A DNA stretch of 64,000 bases from Pseudomonadota bacterium (GTDB lineage: Bacteria > Pseudomonadota > Gammaproteobacteria > Burkholderiales > Rhodocyclaceae). A program made the translations under genes and the position numbers. The notes under the pieces were generated by a model. The model searched no databases. It was not told the origin of the DNA and saw only the letters and a list, made by a program, of their open reading frames with translations. The stretch covers positions 26,302 through 90,301 of the forward strand of contig JAFEDH010000026.1 in assembly GCA_018241695.1 (NCBI GenBank). Direction: 5' to 3'. Positions 19,279 to 29,810 of this stretch are shown in pieces (the stretch's first letter is position 1; the number at the start of each line of letters is the position of its first letter).

Positions 19279-19539
19279 ATGGCCAATTCTGCACAAGCCC
19301 GCAAACGCGCCCGTCAGGCCGTCAAGCAGCGTGCCCACAACATGGGCCTGCGCTCCGCACTCCGCACTGCCATCAAGAAGGTGCGCAAGGCGATCGGTGC
19401 TGGCGACAAGACCGCCGCTCAGGCCGTCTTCAAGGAGTCCCAGGGCATCATCGACTCCATCGCCGACAAAAACATCATCCACAAGAACGCTGCGGCGCGC
19501 CACAAGAGCCGGCTTTCCGCTGCGATCAAATCGCTGTAA
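19279..19539 (+). CDS. rpsT: 30S ribosomal protein S20
   Basis: [35 protein letters not shown]..., 86 aa. It forms the 3' part of the longer ORF-track entry 18844..19539. Divergent from murJ, as in many proteobacteria. Confidence 0.95.
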   Translation: MANSAQARKRARQAVKQRAHNMGLRSALRTAIKKVRKAIGAGDKTAAQAVFKESQGIIDSIADKNIIHKNAAARHKSRLSAAIKSL

Positions 19540-19593
19540 TCAGGCCACGCCGGGATTCCCGGCATGCAGGTGAATGTTTTGGCCGACAAGAAG

Positions 19594-19621
19594 ACCCGTG
19601 CCATCCGGTGCGGGTTTTTTT
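19594..19621 (+). terminator. Rho-independent terminator after rpsT
   Basis: ACCCGTGCC-ATCC-GGTGCGGGT stem (two G-U pairs) followed by TTTTTTT. Confidence 0.65.
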
Positions 19622-19746
19622 ATGGGTACCCAGCCACCCCGGTACCCGGCGAACCTGCCTTGCTTTGTCATGTACTTTCATGATGGGTATTCCGAGGCCC
19701 GGCGAGCCGTCATTTCTTGCAAGTTTCGATTGGATATCCGCAGACC

Positions 19747-21090
19747 ATGAGCCACTCCGATTTGAATGAATTCCTCCGCTACGTCGAGGCCCGGAATCCG
19801 GGGCAACCCGAGTTCCAGCAGGCGGTCGGCGAAGTCATGCACAGTTTGTGGCCCTTTATCCAGACCCACCATCGCTATGCGGAGCATGGGTTGCTCGAAC
19901 GGCTGGTGGAACCGGACCGGGCGATTTCCTTCCGTGTGTGCTGGGTTGACGATCATGGCCGGACCCATGTCAATCGGGGCTACCGGATTCAGCACAGCAT
20001 GGCCATCGGTCCATACAAGGGCGGGATCCGCTTTCATCCCTCGGTCAATCTTTCGGTGCTCAAATTCCTGGCTTTCGAGCAGACTTTCAAGAATGCCCTG
20101 ACCACGTTGCCCATGGGGGGAGGCAAGGGTGGTTCCGATTTCGATCCCAAGGGCAAGAGTCCTGGCGAGGTGATGCGGTTCTGTCAGGCGTTTGTGACCG
20201 AGTTGTATCGGCACATCGGTGCGGATACCGATGTGCCCGCAGGGGATATCGGCGTCGGCGGCCGCGAAGTCGGCTTCATGGCAGGGATGTACAAGAAACT
20301 GGCGAATCGCGCGGATTGCGTATTCACCGGCAAGGGATTGAGTTTCGGTGGTTCACTCATCCGCCCCGAGGCGACGGGTTACGGCACCATCTATTTCGCC
20401 CAGGAAATGCTCAGGACCCGGGGGCTTGATTTTGATGGGATGCGTGTATCGGTGTCGGGTTCGGGCAACGTGGCCCAGTACGCGGTGGAAAAGGCCATGG
20501 CGCTGGGCGCACGGGTTGTGACCGTATCCGATTCCAGCGGCACGGCCATTGACGAAGAGGGATTCACAGCGGAGAAACTGGCCATTCTGATGGATGTGAA
20601 GAACCATCATTACGGCAGGGTGAGCGATTATGCGCAGCGTACCGGTGTCTGCTTCGAGCCGGGCCGGACACCCTGGCACGTTCCCGTGGATGTGGCCCTG
20701 CCCTGCGCCACACAGAACGAACTGAAGCTGCAGGATGCGCAATTGTTGATTGGTAATGGTGTCAGGTGTGTGGCCGAGGGGGCAAACATGCCCTCCACCA
20801 TTGAAGCAGCAGGTGCTTTCGAGTCCGCAGGCGTGCTGTATGCGCCGGGCAAGGCCAGCAATGCGGGTGGTGTGGCCACCTCGGGACTGGAAATGAGCCA
20901 GAATTCGCTGCGATTGTCGTGGCCACAGGACGAGGTTGATGGCCGTCTGCTGCAAATCATGCGGGGCATTCACGAGGCCTGCCTGCACTACGGCCGTGGT
21001 GCCGATGGTCGGGCCAGTTACATTGACGGGGCAAATATCGCCGGCTTCGTCAGGGTGGCCGACGCCATGCTGGCACAGGGATTGATCTGA
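19747..21090 (+). CDS. gdhA: NADP-specific glutamate dehydrogenase
   Basis: Start taken at [10 protein letters not shown] (ATG 19747). KGGIRFHP and [15 protein letters not shown] motifs. Confidence 0.9.
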   Translation: MSHSDLNEFLRYVEARNPGQPEFQQAVGEVMHSLWPFIQTHHRYAEHGLLERLVEPDRAISFRVCWVDDHGRTHVNRGYRIQHSMAIGPYKGGIRFHPSVNLSVLKFLAFEQTFKNALTTLPMGGGKGGSDFDPKGKSPGEVMRFCQAFVTELYRHIGADTDVPAGDIGVGGREVGFMAGMYKKLANRADCVFTGKGLSFGGSLIRPEATGYGTIYFAQEMLRTRGLDFDGMRVSVSGSGNVAQYAVEKAMALGARVVTVSDSSGTAIDEEGFTAEKLAILMDVKNHHYGRVSDYAQRTGVCFEPGRTPWHVPVDVALPCATQNELKLQDAQLLIGNGVRCVAEGANMPSTIEAAGAFESAGVLYAPGKASNAGGVATSGLEMSQNSLRLSWPQDEVDGRLLQIMRGIHEACLHYGRGADGRASYIDGANIAGFVRVADAMLAQGLI

Positions 21091-21122
21091 TCCCGATTCT
21101 CTTTTCCACCCATGAAAAACCG

Positions 21123-21152
21123 CACAACAGCCCCGAATTTGGGGCTGTTGTG
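21123..21152 (+). terminator. Hairpin terminator after gdhA
   Basis: CACAACAGCCCC-GAATTT-GGGGCTGTTGTG followed by TTATCTG (weak T tract). Confidence 0.55.
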
Positions 21153-21247
21153 TTATCTGCCTCGGAAAATGCGGTTTTTTCGTTCCGGCCGGGGGTATCG
21201 TTACGGCTACAATCGGACCCTGACTTACTGTGAGGCTTGGAACACTC

Positions 21248-23521
21248 ATGGATGAACAGATTCGCGCTGCGGCGCTCGAGTACCACCGTATCCCGAAACC
21301 CGGCAAGATCGCCGTCACACCGACCAAGTCGCTGAACACCCAGCTCGAACTGGCTCTGGCGTATTCCCCGGGAGTGGCGGCCGCATGTGACGAGATCGTC
21401 AAGGATCCGGCCCATGCGTACCAGTACACTTCCCGTGGCAATCTGGTGGCCGTAGTCACCAACGGCACCGCCGTACTTGGGCTGGGCAATATCGGCCCCC
21501 TGGCCGGCAAGCCGGTGATGGAAGGCAAGGGGGTTCTTTTCAAGAAGTTTGCCGGGGTCGATGTCTTCGATCTGGAAATCGCCGAGCACGATCCGGACAA
21601 GCTGGTGGACATCATTGCCTCCCTGGAGCCGACTTTCGGTGGCATCAATCTGGAAGACATCAAGGCACCGGAATGCTTTTATATCGAGCGCAAGCTCAAG
21701 GAGCGGATGCATATTCCGGTATTTCACGATGACCAGCATGGCACGGCCATCATTGCCGGGGCCGCGATTCTCAATGGCCTGCGCCTGGTCGGCAAGGATA
21801 TCGGCAAGATCAAGGTGGTTTGTTCTGGGGCCGGTGCTGCTGCCATTGCCTGCCTTAACCTTGCGGTTCAGTTGGGCGTCAATCCCGCGAATGTTTTCAT
21901 CACCGACAGCAAGGGCGTGGTGTATGTGGGACGAGACGCAAAGCTCGATCCGTCCAAGGCGCGTTACGCCAAGGAAACTACTGCACGCTCGCTCGCCGAC
22001 ATCATGCCTGGGGCTGATGTGTTTCTGGGCCTGTCCACCGCCGGTGTGCTGAAGCCTGAAATGGTGCGGGAGATGGCGCCCAGCCCCATCATTCTCGCCA
22101 TGGCCAACCCGGTTCCGGAAATCCTGCCCGACGAGGCCAAGGCGGTCCGCCCCGACGCCATCATCGGCACCGGGCGGTCCGACTACCCCAATCAGGTCAA
22201 TAACGTCCTGTGCTTCCCCTTCATTTTCCGTGGCGCACTTGATGTGGGCGCCACCTCGATCACCGACGAGATGAAGGTCGCCTGCGTTCATGCCATCGCC
22301 GAACTGGCTCATGCGGAGCAGTCCGACGTGGTCAGCGCCGCCTACGATACCGAAGATCTGCACTTCGGCCCGGATTACATCATCCCCAAGCCCTTTGATC
22401 CGCGGCTGATCATTCGTATTGCTCCGGCGGTGGCCCAGGCGGCGATGGCCTCCGGTGTCGCCACCCGCCCGATTGCCGATCTCGATGCCTATCGCCAGCA
22501 GCTGAACGAATTCGTCTATCAGTCCGGCCTGGTGATGAAGCCGGTTTTCACCGCCGCGAAGAAAAAACCGGCCCGCATCGTGTTCTGCGAAGGCGAGGAT
22601 GAGCGTGTGCTGCGCGCGGTGCAGACCGTGGTGGATGAGGGGCTGGCACAGCCCATCCTGATCGGTCGACCGGAGGTCGTCGCCGCCGGCATCACCAAGG
22701 CAGGCCTGCGGCTGGTTGCCGGGGAGCATTTCGCCCTGGTGAATCCGGATTCTGATCCGCGTTTCCAGGAGCTCTGGCACGATTACTACGCCACCATGTG
22801 CCGGCGCGGAGTCGGCATTGAATACGCAAAGCGGGAAATGCGCCGCCGGTCGACGCTGGTTGGCGCCATGATGGTCAAGCATGGCTATGCCGATGCCCTG
22901 TTGTGCGGCACCTTTGGCAAACACAGCCAGCATCTGCGTTATATCGATTCGGTGCTGGGCAAGGCAGCCGGCATTGGCAGCTATTTCACGCTCAACATGC
23001 TGATCATGCCCAACCGGACGCTGTTCGTGGGTGATACCTATGTGAATTACGACCCCAGCGCCGAACAGATCGCCGAGATGACCCTGCTGGCTGCCGAAGA
23101 GGTACGTCGTTTCGGCCTGATGCCCAAGGTTGCCCTGTGCTCCCATTCCAGCTTCGGCACCGACGATACGCCGACAGCCGTCAAGATGCGTCATGCCCTG
23201 GAAATGGTGCGGCAGGCCGAACCCGAACTCGAAGTCGAAGGCGAGATGCATGGGGATGCCGCACTCTCGGAAACCATCCGCGCCCAGGTGTTCCCCGATT
23301 CCCGCCTCAAGGGAGCGGCGAATCTTCTGATCATGCCTACCCTGGATGCCGCCAACATCGCTTTCAATCTGCTCAAGACAGTAGCTGGGGATGGTCTGAC
23401 CGTCGGTCCCATCCTGCTGGGTGCTTCCCGTCCGGTTCATGTGCTGACACCCACGGCGACAGTACGCCGTATTGTCAACATGACGGCGCTGCTCTCGGTC
23501 GAGGCCAGCAAGCGCGACTGA
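21248..23521 (+). CDS. maeB: NADP-dependent malic enzyme with C-terminal phosphotransacetylase-like domain
   Basis: Start at ATG 21248 ([14 protein letters not shown]). AYSPGVA and [31 protein letters not shown] motifs. About 330-aa PTA-like C-terminal half. Confidence 0.9.
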   Translation: MDEQIRAAALEYHRIPKPGKIAVTPTKSLNTQLELALAYSPGVAAACDEIVKDPAHAYQYTSRGNLVAVVTNGTAVLGLGNIGPLAGKPVMEGKGVLFKKFAGVDVFDLEIAEHDPDKLVDIIASLEPTFGGINLEDIKAPECFYIERKLKERMHIPVFHDDQHGTAIIAGAAILNGLRLVGKDIGKIKVVCSGAGAAAIACLNLAVQLGVNPANVFITDSKGVVYVGRDAKLDPSKARYAKETTARSLADIMPGADVFLGLSTAGVLKPEMVREMAPSPIILAMANPVPEILPDEAKAVRPDAIIGTGRSDYPNQVNNVLCFPFIFRGALDVGATSITDEMKVACVHAIAELAHAEQSDVVSAAYDTEDLHFGPDYIIPKPFDPRLIIRIAPAVAQAAMASGVATRPIADLDAYRQQLNEFVYQSGLVMKPVFTAAKKKPARIVFCEGEDERVLRAVQTVVDEGLAQPILIGRPEVVAAGITKAGLRLVAGEHFALVNPDSDPRFQELWHDYYATMCRRGVGIEYAKREMRRRSTLVGAMMVKHGYADALLCGTFGKHSQHLRYIDSVLGKAAGIGSYFTLNMLIMPNRTLFVGDTYVNYDPSAEQIAEMTLLAAEEVRRFGLMPKVALCSHSSFGTDDTPTAVKMRHALEMVRQAEPELEVEGEMHGDAALSETIRAQVFPDSRLKGAANLLIMPTLDAANIAFNLLKTVAGDGLTVGPILLGASRPVHVLTPTATVRRIVNMTALLSVEASKRD

Positions 23522-23525
23522 ATCC

Positions 23526-24674
23526 ATGCGCCCCCCCAGGTCCCCCGTCAAGACTGCCTTGGTATTGACCGGGGGGGGGGCGCGGGGCGCCTACCAGGTG
23601 GGCGTGCTCAAGGCGGTGCGGGAACTGCTTCCCGATCCGCACAAAAATCCCTTTCCCATCCTGTGTGGTGCATCGGCTGGTGCGATCAACGCCACGAGCC
23701 TTGCTGCCAGTGCTGAGAACTTTGCCTACGGTGTCGATGAACTGGTGAAAATCTGGGCGGGATTCCACGCCCATCATGTCTATCAGGCCGATGCCGCCGG
23801 TATTGGTCTGACTGCTGCCCGCTGGCTTGGTGCCCTGATGGCCGGATGGATCGTTCGCTCGGCGCCGACCTCCCTGCTCGACAACACACCTTTGCGTACC
23901 CTTTTGAGCGGGCATATTGATTTCGACTGCATTGGCCGCGCCATTGAAAATCAGGCATTGCACTCCATCAGCGTGACCTGCTCGGGCTATACCAGCGGCA
24001 AGAGTGTCAGTTTTTTTCAGGGCAGGCCCGATCTGGAGCCCTGGCGGCGTGCACAGCGGGTCGGCGCCCATGTACGGCTGACCGTGGATCATCTGATGGC
24101 CTCGAGCGCCATCCCCTTCCTTTTCCCCGCAGTCAAACTCCATCGGGAATATTTCGGTGACGGCTCCATGCGGCAGATCGCTCCGATCTCACCCGCTATC
24201 CATCTGGGGGCAGAGAAGATCCTGGTAATCGGTGCGGGGCGCATGAACGAGACCACCGAACGACGGGAGCATGCCCATTACCCCACGCTGGCCCAGATCG
24301 CCGGCCATGCCATGTCCAGCATTTTCCTCGACAGCCTGACGGTCGATCTGGAACGACTGCAACGCGTCAATACGACAATGCGCCTGATTCCACCCTATGT
24401 CCGCGAAGAAATGGGTATCACGATGCGCCCCATCGAACTGCTGGTGATTTCGCCCTCGAAGCGGGTCGATCACCTTGCGGCAGAGCATGCCCAGGCACTG
24501 CCCTGGCCGATACGCACCTTGCTGCATGGAATCGGGGCAATGAACCGCAGCGGAGGTGCCCTGACCAGCTATCTTCTGTTCGAGCAGCCATTTACCCGGG
24601 CCTTGATCGATCTCGGTTATGGCGATGCCATGGCCCGTCGGACCGAACTGGAAGCGTTCCTTTGCTTATCTTAG
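23526..24674 (+). CDS. Patatin-like phospholipase
   Basis: 382 aa. GGGARGAYQVG oxyanion-hole motif, GASAGAINA (GxSxG) and FGDGSM (catalytic Asp). Starts 4 nt after the maeB stop. Confidence 0.85.
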   Translation: MRPPRSPVKTALVLTGGGARGAYQVGVLKAVRELLPDPHKNPFPILCGASAGAINATSLAASAENFAYGVDELVKIWAGFHAHHVYQADAAGIGLTAARWLGALMAGWIVRSAPTSLLDNTPLRTLLSGHIDFDCIGRAIENQALHSISVTCSGYTSGKSVSFFQGRPDLEPWRRAQRVGAHVRLTVDHLMASSAIPFLFPAVKLHREYFGDGSMRQIAPISPAIHLGAEKILVIGAGRMNETTERREHAHYPTLAQIAGHAMSSIFLDSLTVDLERLQRVNTTMRLIPPYVREEMGITMRPIELLVISPSKRVDHLAAEHAQALPWPIRTLLHGIGAMNRSGGALTSYLLFEQPFTRALIDLGYGDAMARRTELEAFLCLS

Positions 24675-24796
24675 GATAATGCTTGAGATATATCCTCTAT
24701 CCTGATAATTCATATGTGTATTTTGAATTGTAAAATTGGAGGCGTTCACCTTTTGGGGCTGTTAAAATCGCGCCCGGTGATTGAGGAGAAGACATT

Positions 24797-25777
24797 ATGA
24801 AAAAGACCGTGATCTCCTTCGTGACGGCCTTGAGCCTGCTGGGTGGCGCCTGCCTCCCGGCGGATGCACTGGCTGCCCATGGAAAGAAATCCAAAACTTC
24901 CCATTCGAAGACGCATGGGGTGGCCAAGAGCGCGCACCACCACAAAGCCAAAGCGAAAAAAACGCATAAGAGCCGGCATGCGCCCAAGGTTGGTGCTGCC
25001 GCCGAAAACCCGCAACACCTTGTGCTCCAATCGACCTCCGTCATGGTTCAGGATCAGACCACGGGAGCCATCCTGTTCGAGAAGAATGCCGGCGCTGTTG
25101 TCCCCATTGCTTCCATCAGCAAGCTGATGACGGCGATGGTGTCCCTCGATGCGCAACCCGATCTGCGGGAGGCGATGGTCATCGGTGACGAGGATGTGGA
25201 CACGCTCAAGGGCACGCATTCCCGTCTCAAGGTGGGAACCCGTCTGAGCCGCGAGGAAATGCTGCGGCTGGCCCTGATGTCCTCCGAGAATCGTGCTGCG
25301 TCGGCTTTGTCCCGCTATTACCCGGGAGGCAAACACGCTTTCGTGGCGGCCATGAATCGCAAGGCATTGTCCTTGGGACTGACTGAAACCCATTTCGAGG
25401 ATCCCACCGGCCTGACTGCTGCCAATGTTTCCAGCGCCCGGGATCTGACCAAGATGGTGGCTGCGGCCCACCAGTATCCCCTGATCCGGGAATTTACTAC
25501 TACCGCCGAGTGGCCGGTGACGCTGAACGGACACAGCGAAACCTTTCGCAATACCAATCTGCTGGTACGCTCCGGCACCTGGGATATCGGTCTTTCCAAA
25601 ACCGGGTTCATCAACGAGGCTGGCAAATGCCTTGTGATGCAGGCCTGGTTCAACAACAAGCCGATGATCATCGTACTGCTCGATTCATGGGGCAAGCTGA
25701 CACGCATCGGCGATGCCCAGCGGATCAAGCGCTGGGTCGAGAGTGCCGCCCTGGCAAGGCGCACCACGACCGGATGA
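24797..25777 (+). CDS. pbpG: D-alanyl-D-alanine endopeptidase (PBP7/PbpG-like class C penicillin-binding protein)
   Basis: Signal peptide, then SISK (SxxK), SENR (SxN) and KTGF (KTG) motifs. GAGGAGAAG SD. Confidence 0.8.
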   Translation: MKKTVISFVTALSLLGGACLPADALAAHGKKSKTSHSKTHGVAKSAHHHKAKAKKTHKSRHAPKVGAAAENPQHLVLQSTSVMVQDQTTGAILFEKNAGAVVPIASISKLMTAMVSLDAQPDLREAMVIGDEDVDTLKGTHSRLKVGTRLSREEMLRLALMSSENRAASALSRYYPGGKHAFVAAMNRKALSLGLTETHFEDPTGLTAANVSSARDLTKMVAAAHQYPLIREFTTTAEWPVTLNGHSETFRNTNLLVRSGTWDIGLSKTGFINEAGKCLVMQAWFNNKPMIIVLLDSWGKLTRIGDAQRIKRWVESAALARRTTTG

Positions 25778-25795
25778 TCCGCTATCGCCCGAAAT

Positions 25796-25824
25796 AAAAA
25801 GACCGGCAGTGTGCCGGTCTTTTT
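25796..25824. terminator. Bidirectional rho-independent terminator
   Basis: AAAAAGACCGGCA-GTG-TGCCGGTCTTTTT, a perfect stem between the convergent pbpG-like and IclR genes. Confidence 0.85.
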
Positions 25825-25830
25825 ATTTGC

Positions 25831-26664
25831 TCATGCGGTTGGTTTGGGCGAATGCCCCAGCGTTGCCGAAATTGCATCCGCTGCCGCCCGGATTTTGGGG
25901 ATCCATCCGGGATCGTAACGATCCGCAGGCGCGGAAACGGAAATTCCAGCCACCATTTCGTTCCTGTCGTCCCGGATGGGGGCGGCAACGCAGCGTAACC
26001 CCTGCTCGATTTCCTCGTTGTCGTGCGCAATACCATGACGCCTTACCTTGTCCAGTTCCCGTTCGAGTGCAGGCAATCCGGTGATGGATGTGGGTGTGAA
26101 GCCGGGCAGGCCGGTGCGTCGGACATAGTCCTGGATGCTTTGAGCATCTTCTTCCGCCAGATAGAGTTTGCCAACCGCAGTCACATGCAGAGGAGCCCGG
26201 GCGCCAACCAGGTGCACCACCCGTACCGATGAGCGGCCGCTGGATGTCCGCTCGACGTAGACGATCTCGTCTCCCTGTCGCATCCCCAGATTGACACTTT
26301 CTCCCAGTTCCCGGTGCAGGGCCTGCATCAGCGGCATGGCGGAATCTCTGATGCTGATCCGCGATTTGACGACATTACCCAGTTCCAGCAGACGTATGCC
26401 GAGTCGATAAGTCCCCGGATCGGTCCGCTCGGCAAAGCCGGCACTGGCCATGGCGGCGAGAATGCGGTGTGTCGTGGAGGGGTGCAGCGCTGACTCCAAG
26501 GCCAGCTGCTTGAGTGAAACCGGGTCGTTGTGGTGCGACAGAATCTCGAGCAGACGCATCATCCGCTCGATAACCTGAATGCCGTTCTTGGATTCCTCTT
26601 GAACTGGAAGACGGGGCACGATGTAGAGGCAGAGGCGGGCTGGAGACGGATTTGAGTCTAGCAT
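25831..26664 (-). CDS. IclR-family transcriptional regulator
   Basis: 277 aa. N-terminal wHTH IQVIERMMRLLEILSHHNDPVSLKQLALESALHPSTTHRILAAM and a C-terminal IclR effector domain. Confidence 0.85.
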   Translation of the reverse strand: MLDSNPSPARLCLYIVPRLPVQEESKNGIQVIERMMRLLEILSHHNDPVSLKQLALESALHPSTTHRILAAMASAGFAERTDPGTYRLGIRLLELGNVVKSRISIRDSAMPLMQALHRELGESVNLGMRQGDEIVYVERTSSGRSSVRVVHLVGARAPLHVTAVGKLYLAEEDAQSIQDYVRRTGLPGFTPTSITGLPALERELDKVRRHGIAHDNEEIEQGLRCVAAPIRDDRNEMVAGISVSAPADRYDPGWIPKIRAAADAISATLGHSPKPTA

Positions 26665-26708
26665 TCCCCATCACGGCATGAGATTCTCTGGTGAATCCGG
26701 ATATGGTG

Positions 26709-28457
26709 CTATTCGCCGGATGTGTCGGCCGGGATTTTCTCGGATACCAGCGGTTGCCGATAGTAGTCGCGCAGGTTGCTATAGCGTTCGGCGCGTACTT
26801 CCCGCACCTGACCGATCGCCCTGATCACCGGTATACCCATGTGGGTCAGGGTTTCGACCGCCATCATGAGGCTCCCTTCGAGCACGTCCGAAACCACTTC
26901 GGTGGCACCGGCGCGTTTCAGGCGATCGACCTCGGATTCGTCCGGAACCCGTGTGATCACAGGAATGTCACCACGCTGCTGGCGTATGCGGCGCAGGATG
27001 CGTAGTGACGAATGCACGTCCGGATAGGTGATGACCACCGCACGGGCACGATCCAGACCTGCCGCGGCAATCACTTCAACCCGATCGGCATTGCCGAACA
27101 TGACCGTGCCTCCCACAGGCCGGAGGCTGGCGCGATTCGGGTCCAGATCCAGGGCCAGAAAGGGGATATCTTCCCGGGCGAGGAAACTGCCGATACGCTC
27201 GCCCGTGCGACCGTAGCCACACAGGATCACATGACCGGAGAGAGGTTCGCTGCCCGCATGGATCGCATCCATGCGTGGCTTGGGGTGGGACCAGCGGCCG
27301 CGTGTGAGACGTTGCCCCGAGCGGGCGGCCAGTCCGATCAGGCTAGGGGCGAGAAACATCGAACTGAGCATTGCGGCCGTGGTTACCTGAAATACTTCGT
27401 CATTCATCAATTTCAAATTGTGCCCCACTTCCATCAAAACCAGGCCGAATTCTCCTGCCTGTGCCAACTGTCCGGCAGTACGCAAAGCCACGTCCAGCGG
27501 GATGCCCCTGGTCAGGGTTATGATCATCACCACCAGGGCCTTGCCAGCAACCAGCAAGCCGACCGCGAGCAACAGCCGGTCCAGATTGGAAAGCACATAG
27601 CCCAGATCCAGGGTCATGCCGATGGTGACGAAAAACAGACCGAGCAGGATGTCGCGGAAGGGCCGTATGTCGGCTTCCACCTGATGCCGGTAGGCAGTTT
27701 CGGAAATCAGCATGCCGCCAACGAATGCCCCCAGTGCCAGGGAAAGGCCGGCGCGTCCGGTGGCATAGGCCAGACCCACCACGATCCACAGGGTTGCCAG
27801 TACGAACAGTTCTTCCGACTTGTGATGGGCCACGCTGTCGTAAATGCGCGCCATCAGACGTTTACCCACCGCAATCAGAATGACGAGAACCAGACTTGCC
27901 TGGAGCAAAGCCAGCATCAGTGGTCGCCAGATGCCTTCATCGGGTGAGGCCAGGGCCGGCAAGAGCAGAAGGACGGGGACCAGGGCGAGATCCTGGAATA
28001 GAAGGACGCCCATGGTCAGTCGCCCCGATCGTGAATGCAGTTCGAAGCGGTCGGAAAGCAGTTTGGCGACTATGGCCGTGGAGGACATGGCCACCGCCAG
28101 CCCTACCGCCATACCTGTCCGCCAGTGCTGGCCATAGCCGTACAGGGTGATCAGGATCGTACCCAGCGTGGTCAGCGCGACCTGGGCGGTGCCGTAGCCG
28201 AACACGATACGACGCATGCGGCCAAGGCTGGCAAGGCTGAACTCGAGCCCGATAGAAAACATCAGGAACACCACGCCGAATTCAGCGACGCTTTCCACGC
28301 TTTTGTTTTCAGAAAGCAGGCGCAGGCCATGCGGACCGATCACGATACCGACCGCGAGATATGCCAGCATGGAGGGAAACTTGAGCCGGCGGGCGGCGGC
28401 AACGGCACCGACGGCGGCAGAAAGCAGGAGGAGAAGCTGGAGCAGGTTCTGATACAT
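26709..28457 (-). CDS. Monovalent cation:proton antiporter-2 (CPA2, Kef-type) with C-terminal RCK/TrkA-N domain
   Basis: True start taken at MYQNLLQLLLLLSAAVG (ATG 28457). The longer ORF-track form (to 29234) has a non-coding-like N-terminus. RCK motif HVILCGYGRTGERIG. Confidence 0.85.
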   Translation of the reverse strand: MYQNLLQLLLLLSAAVGAVAAARRLKFPSMLAYLAVGIVIGPHGLRLLSENKSVESVAEFGVVFLMFSIGLEFSLASLGRMRRIVFGYGTAQVALTTLGTILITLYGYGQHWRTGMAVGLAVAMSSTAIVAKLLSDRFELHSRSGRLTMGVLLFQDLALVPVLLLLPALASPDEGIWRPLMLALLQASLVLVILIAVGKRLMARIYDSVAHHKSEELFVLATLWIVVGLAYATGRAGLSLALGAFVGGMLISETAYRHQVEADIRPFRDILLGLFFVTIGMTLDLGYVLSNLDRLLLAVGLLVAGKALVVMIITLTRGIPLDVALRTAGQLAQAGEFGLVLMEVGHNLKLMNDEVFQVTTAAMLSSMFLAPSLIGLAARSGQRLTRGRWSHPKPRMDAIHAGSEPLSGHVILCGYGRTGERIGSFLAREDIPFLALDLDPNRASLRPVGGTVMFGNADRVEVIAAAGLDRARAVVITYPDVHSSLRILRRIRQQRGDIPVITRVPDESEVDRLKRAGATEVVSDVLEGSLMMAVETLTHMGIPVIRAIGQVREVRAERYSNLRDYYRQPLVSEKIPADTSGE

Positions 28458-28523
28458 GGCCCGATGATACGGCCATTCCCATGCCTGTCCGGGGAAGACC
28501 CTTGTCCCTGCTAGACTTGTTTC

Positions 28524-29798
28524 ATGCCTCTGCGTCTCATCGTTCTCCTCGCATCCTTTCCGGGGGTCTGCATGGCCGGTATCGATCCGGTGGTGACAGG
28601 CATACCGCTTGAGTTTTTCCTCTTTGGCGCCACGCTCCTGGGTGTTGCCCTGTTCCACCGGCATACCTTGCGTACAGCACTGCTGGGGCTGGGAGTCATC
28701 GTGGCCTACAAGTGCATTGTGACCGGCTTCCCTACCGGATCGGGATGGGTCGGGCTGATCGGCCATCTTGCCCATGAATGGGTGACCCTGGCGAATCTCC
28801 TGGGCTTGCTGCTGGGCTTTGCCCTGCTCTCGCGGCATTTTGAGAAAAGCCGAGTACCTCTGATCCTGCCGCGCTATCTGCCCGATGACTGGAAGGGTGG
28901 GTTGCTGCTCCTGGCAATGGTCTTCGTGCTGTCCGCCTTTCTCGACAATATCGCCGCCGCCCTGATCGGCGGCGCCATGGCGCATCAGCTGTTTCGTGCC
29001 CGGGTTCATGTCGCCTATCTCGCGGCCATCGTGGCTGCGTCGAATGGAGGTGGTGCAGGTTCCGTGGTGGGGGACACCACAACGACGATGATGTGGATCA
29101 GTGGTGTGGCTCCTGCCGACGTGCTGCATGCCTTTGTGGCTTCGACTGCGGCATTTTTTGTTTTTGCCATTCCTGCTGCCCGGATACAGCAGGCCTACTC
29201 CCCCATTCTCAAAAATTCCCATGCGCATGTTCATGTTGACTGGGTGCGGATAGCGATCGTCGGGGGGATGCTGTGCGCTGCGGTTGCGACCAATGTGGTG
29301 GTCAATCTGTTCTATCCGGCATGGGCTGAAAGCTTCCCCTTCGTGGGCGTCTCCGTATGGTGTGCCCTGCTCCTGTCTCTTGCCTGGCGCCGCCCTGACT
29401 GGGAAGCCCTGCCCGAATCCTGCGCGGGCGCCTTTTTCCTGCTGTCACTCGTGCTTTGTGCATCGCTGATGCCGGTCGAGGCCTTGCCCACCGCCACATG
29501 GCCGGTGGCGTTCGGATTGGGCTTTGTCTCGGCGGTATTCGACAATATTCCGCTCACGGCACTTGCCCTCAGGCAGGGAGGGCATGACTGGGGCATGCTG
29601 GCCTATGCTGTCGGTTTTGGTGGCTCCATGATCTGGTTCGGGTCATCCGCCGGCGTTGCGTTGTCCAGCATGTATCCTGAAGCACGTTCGGCAGGCCGCT
29701 GGCTGCGTCATGGCTGGCCGGTGGCTGCAGCGTATGTGTTCGGGTTTTTTGTGCTTCTCGCAGTGCTGGGCTGGCATCCCCGGCCGCTTCGCTACTGA
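28524..29798 (+). CDS. ArsB/NhaD-superfamily permease (citrate-transporter-like domain)
   Basis: 424 aa polytopic protein with duplicated SAFLDNIAAAL / SAVFDNIPLTAL motifs, typical of this ion-transporter superfamily. Substrate unknown. Confidence 0.65.
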   Translation: MPLRLIVLLASFPGVCMAGIDPVVTGIPLEFFLFGATLLGVALFHRHTLRTALLGLGVIVAYKCIVTGFPTGSGWVGLIGHLAHEWVTLANLLGLLLGFALLSRHFEKSRVPLILPRYLPDDWKGGLLLLAMVFVLSAFLDNIAAALIGGAMAHQLFRARVHVAYLAAIVAASNGGGAGSVVGDTTTTMMWISGVAPADVLHAFVASTAAFFVFAIPAARIQQAYSPILKNSHAHVHVDWVRIAIVGGMLCAAVATNVVVNLFYPAWAESFPFVGVSVWCALLLSLAWRRPDWEALPESCAGAFFLLSLVLCASLMPVEALPTATWPVAFGLGFVSAVFDNIPLTALALRQGGHDWGMLAYAVGFGGSMIWFGSSAGVALSSMYPEARSAGRWLRHGWPVAAAYVFGFFVLLAVLGWHPRPLRY

Positions 29799-29810
29799 TC
29801 CACGAAGATC

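Noticed and set aside
21050-23551. 833-aa minus-strand ORF
   Set aside because: Antisense to maeB. It is a high-GC antisense artefact with no recognisable domains.
23526-24674. Patatin-like phospholipase as an effector of a CBASS-type or other anti-phage system
   Set aside because: No cyclase, sensor, NTPase or other defence-associated gene is adjacent. The gene is wedged between maeB and a PBP gene at genome-typical GC, consistent with a housekeeping RssA/YchK-like enzyme.
28458-29234. N-terminal 259-aa extension of the CPA2 antiporter ORF (and the analogous extension 37524-38144 of the AI-2E transporter ORF)
   Set aside because: The extensions are hydrophilic and low-complexity, and they overlap well-supported divergent genes. 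Internal ATGs start exactly at the conserved hydrophobic N-termini.
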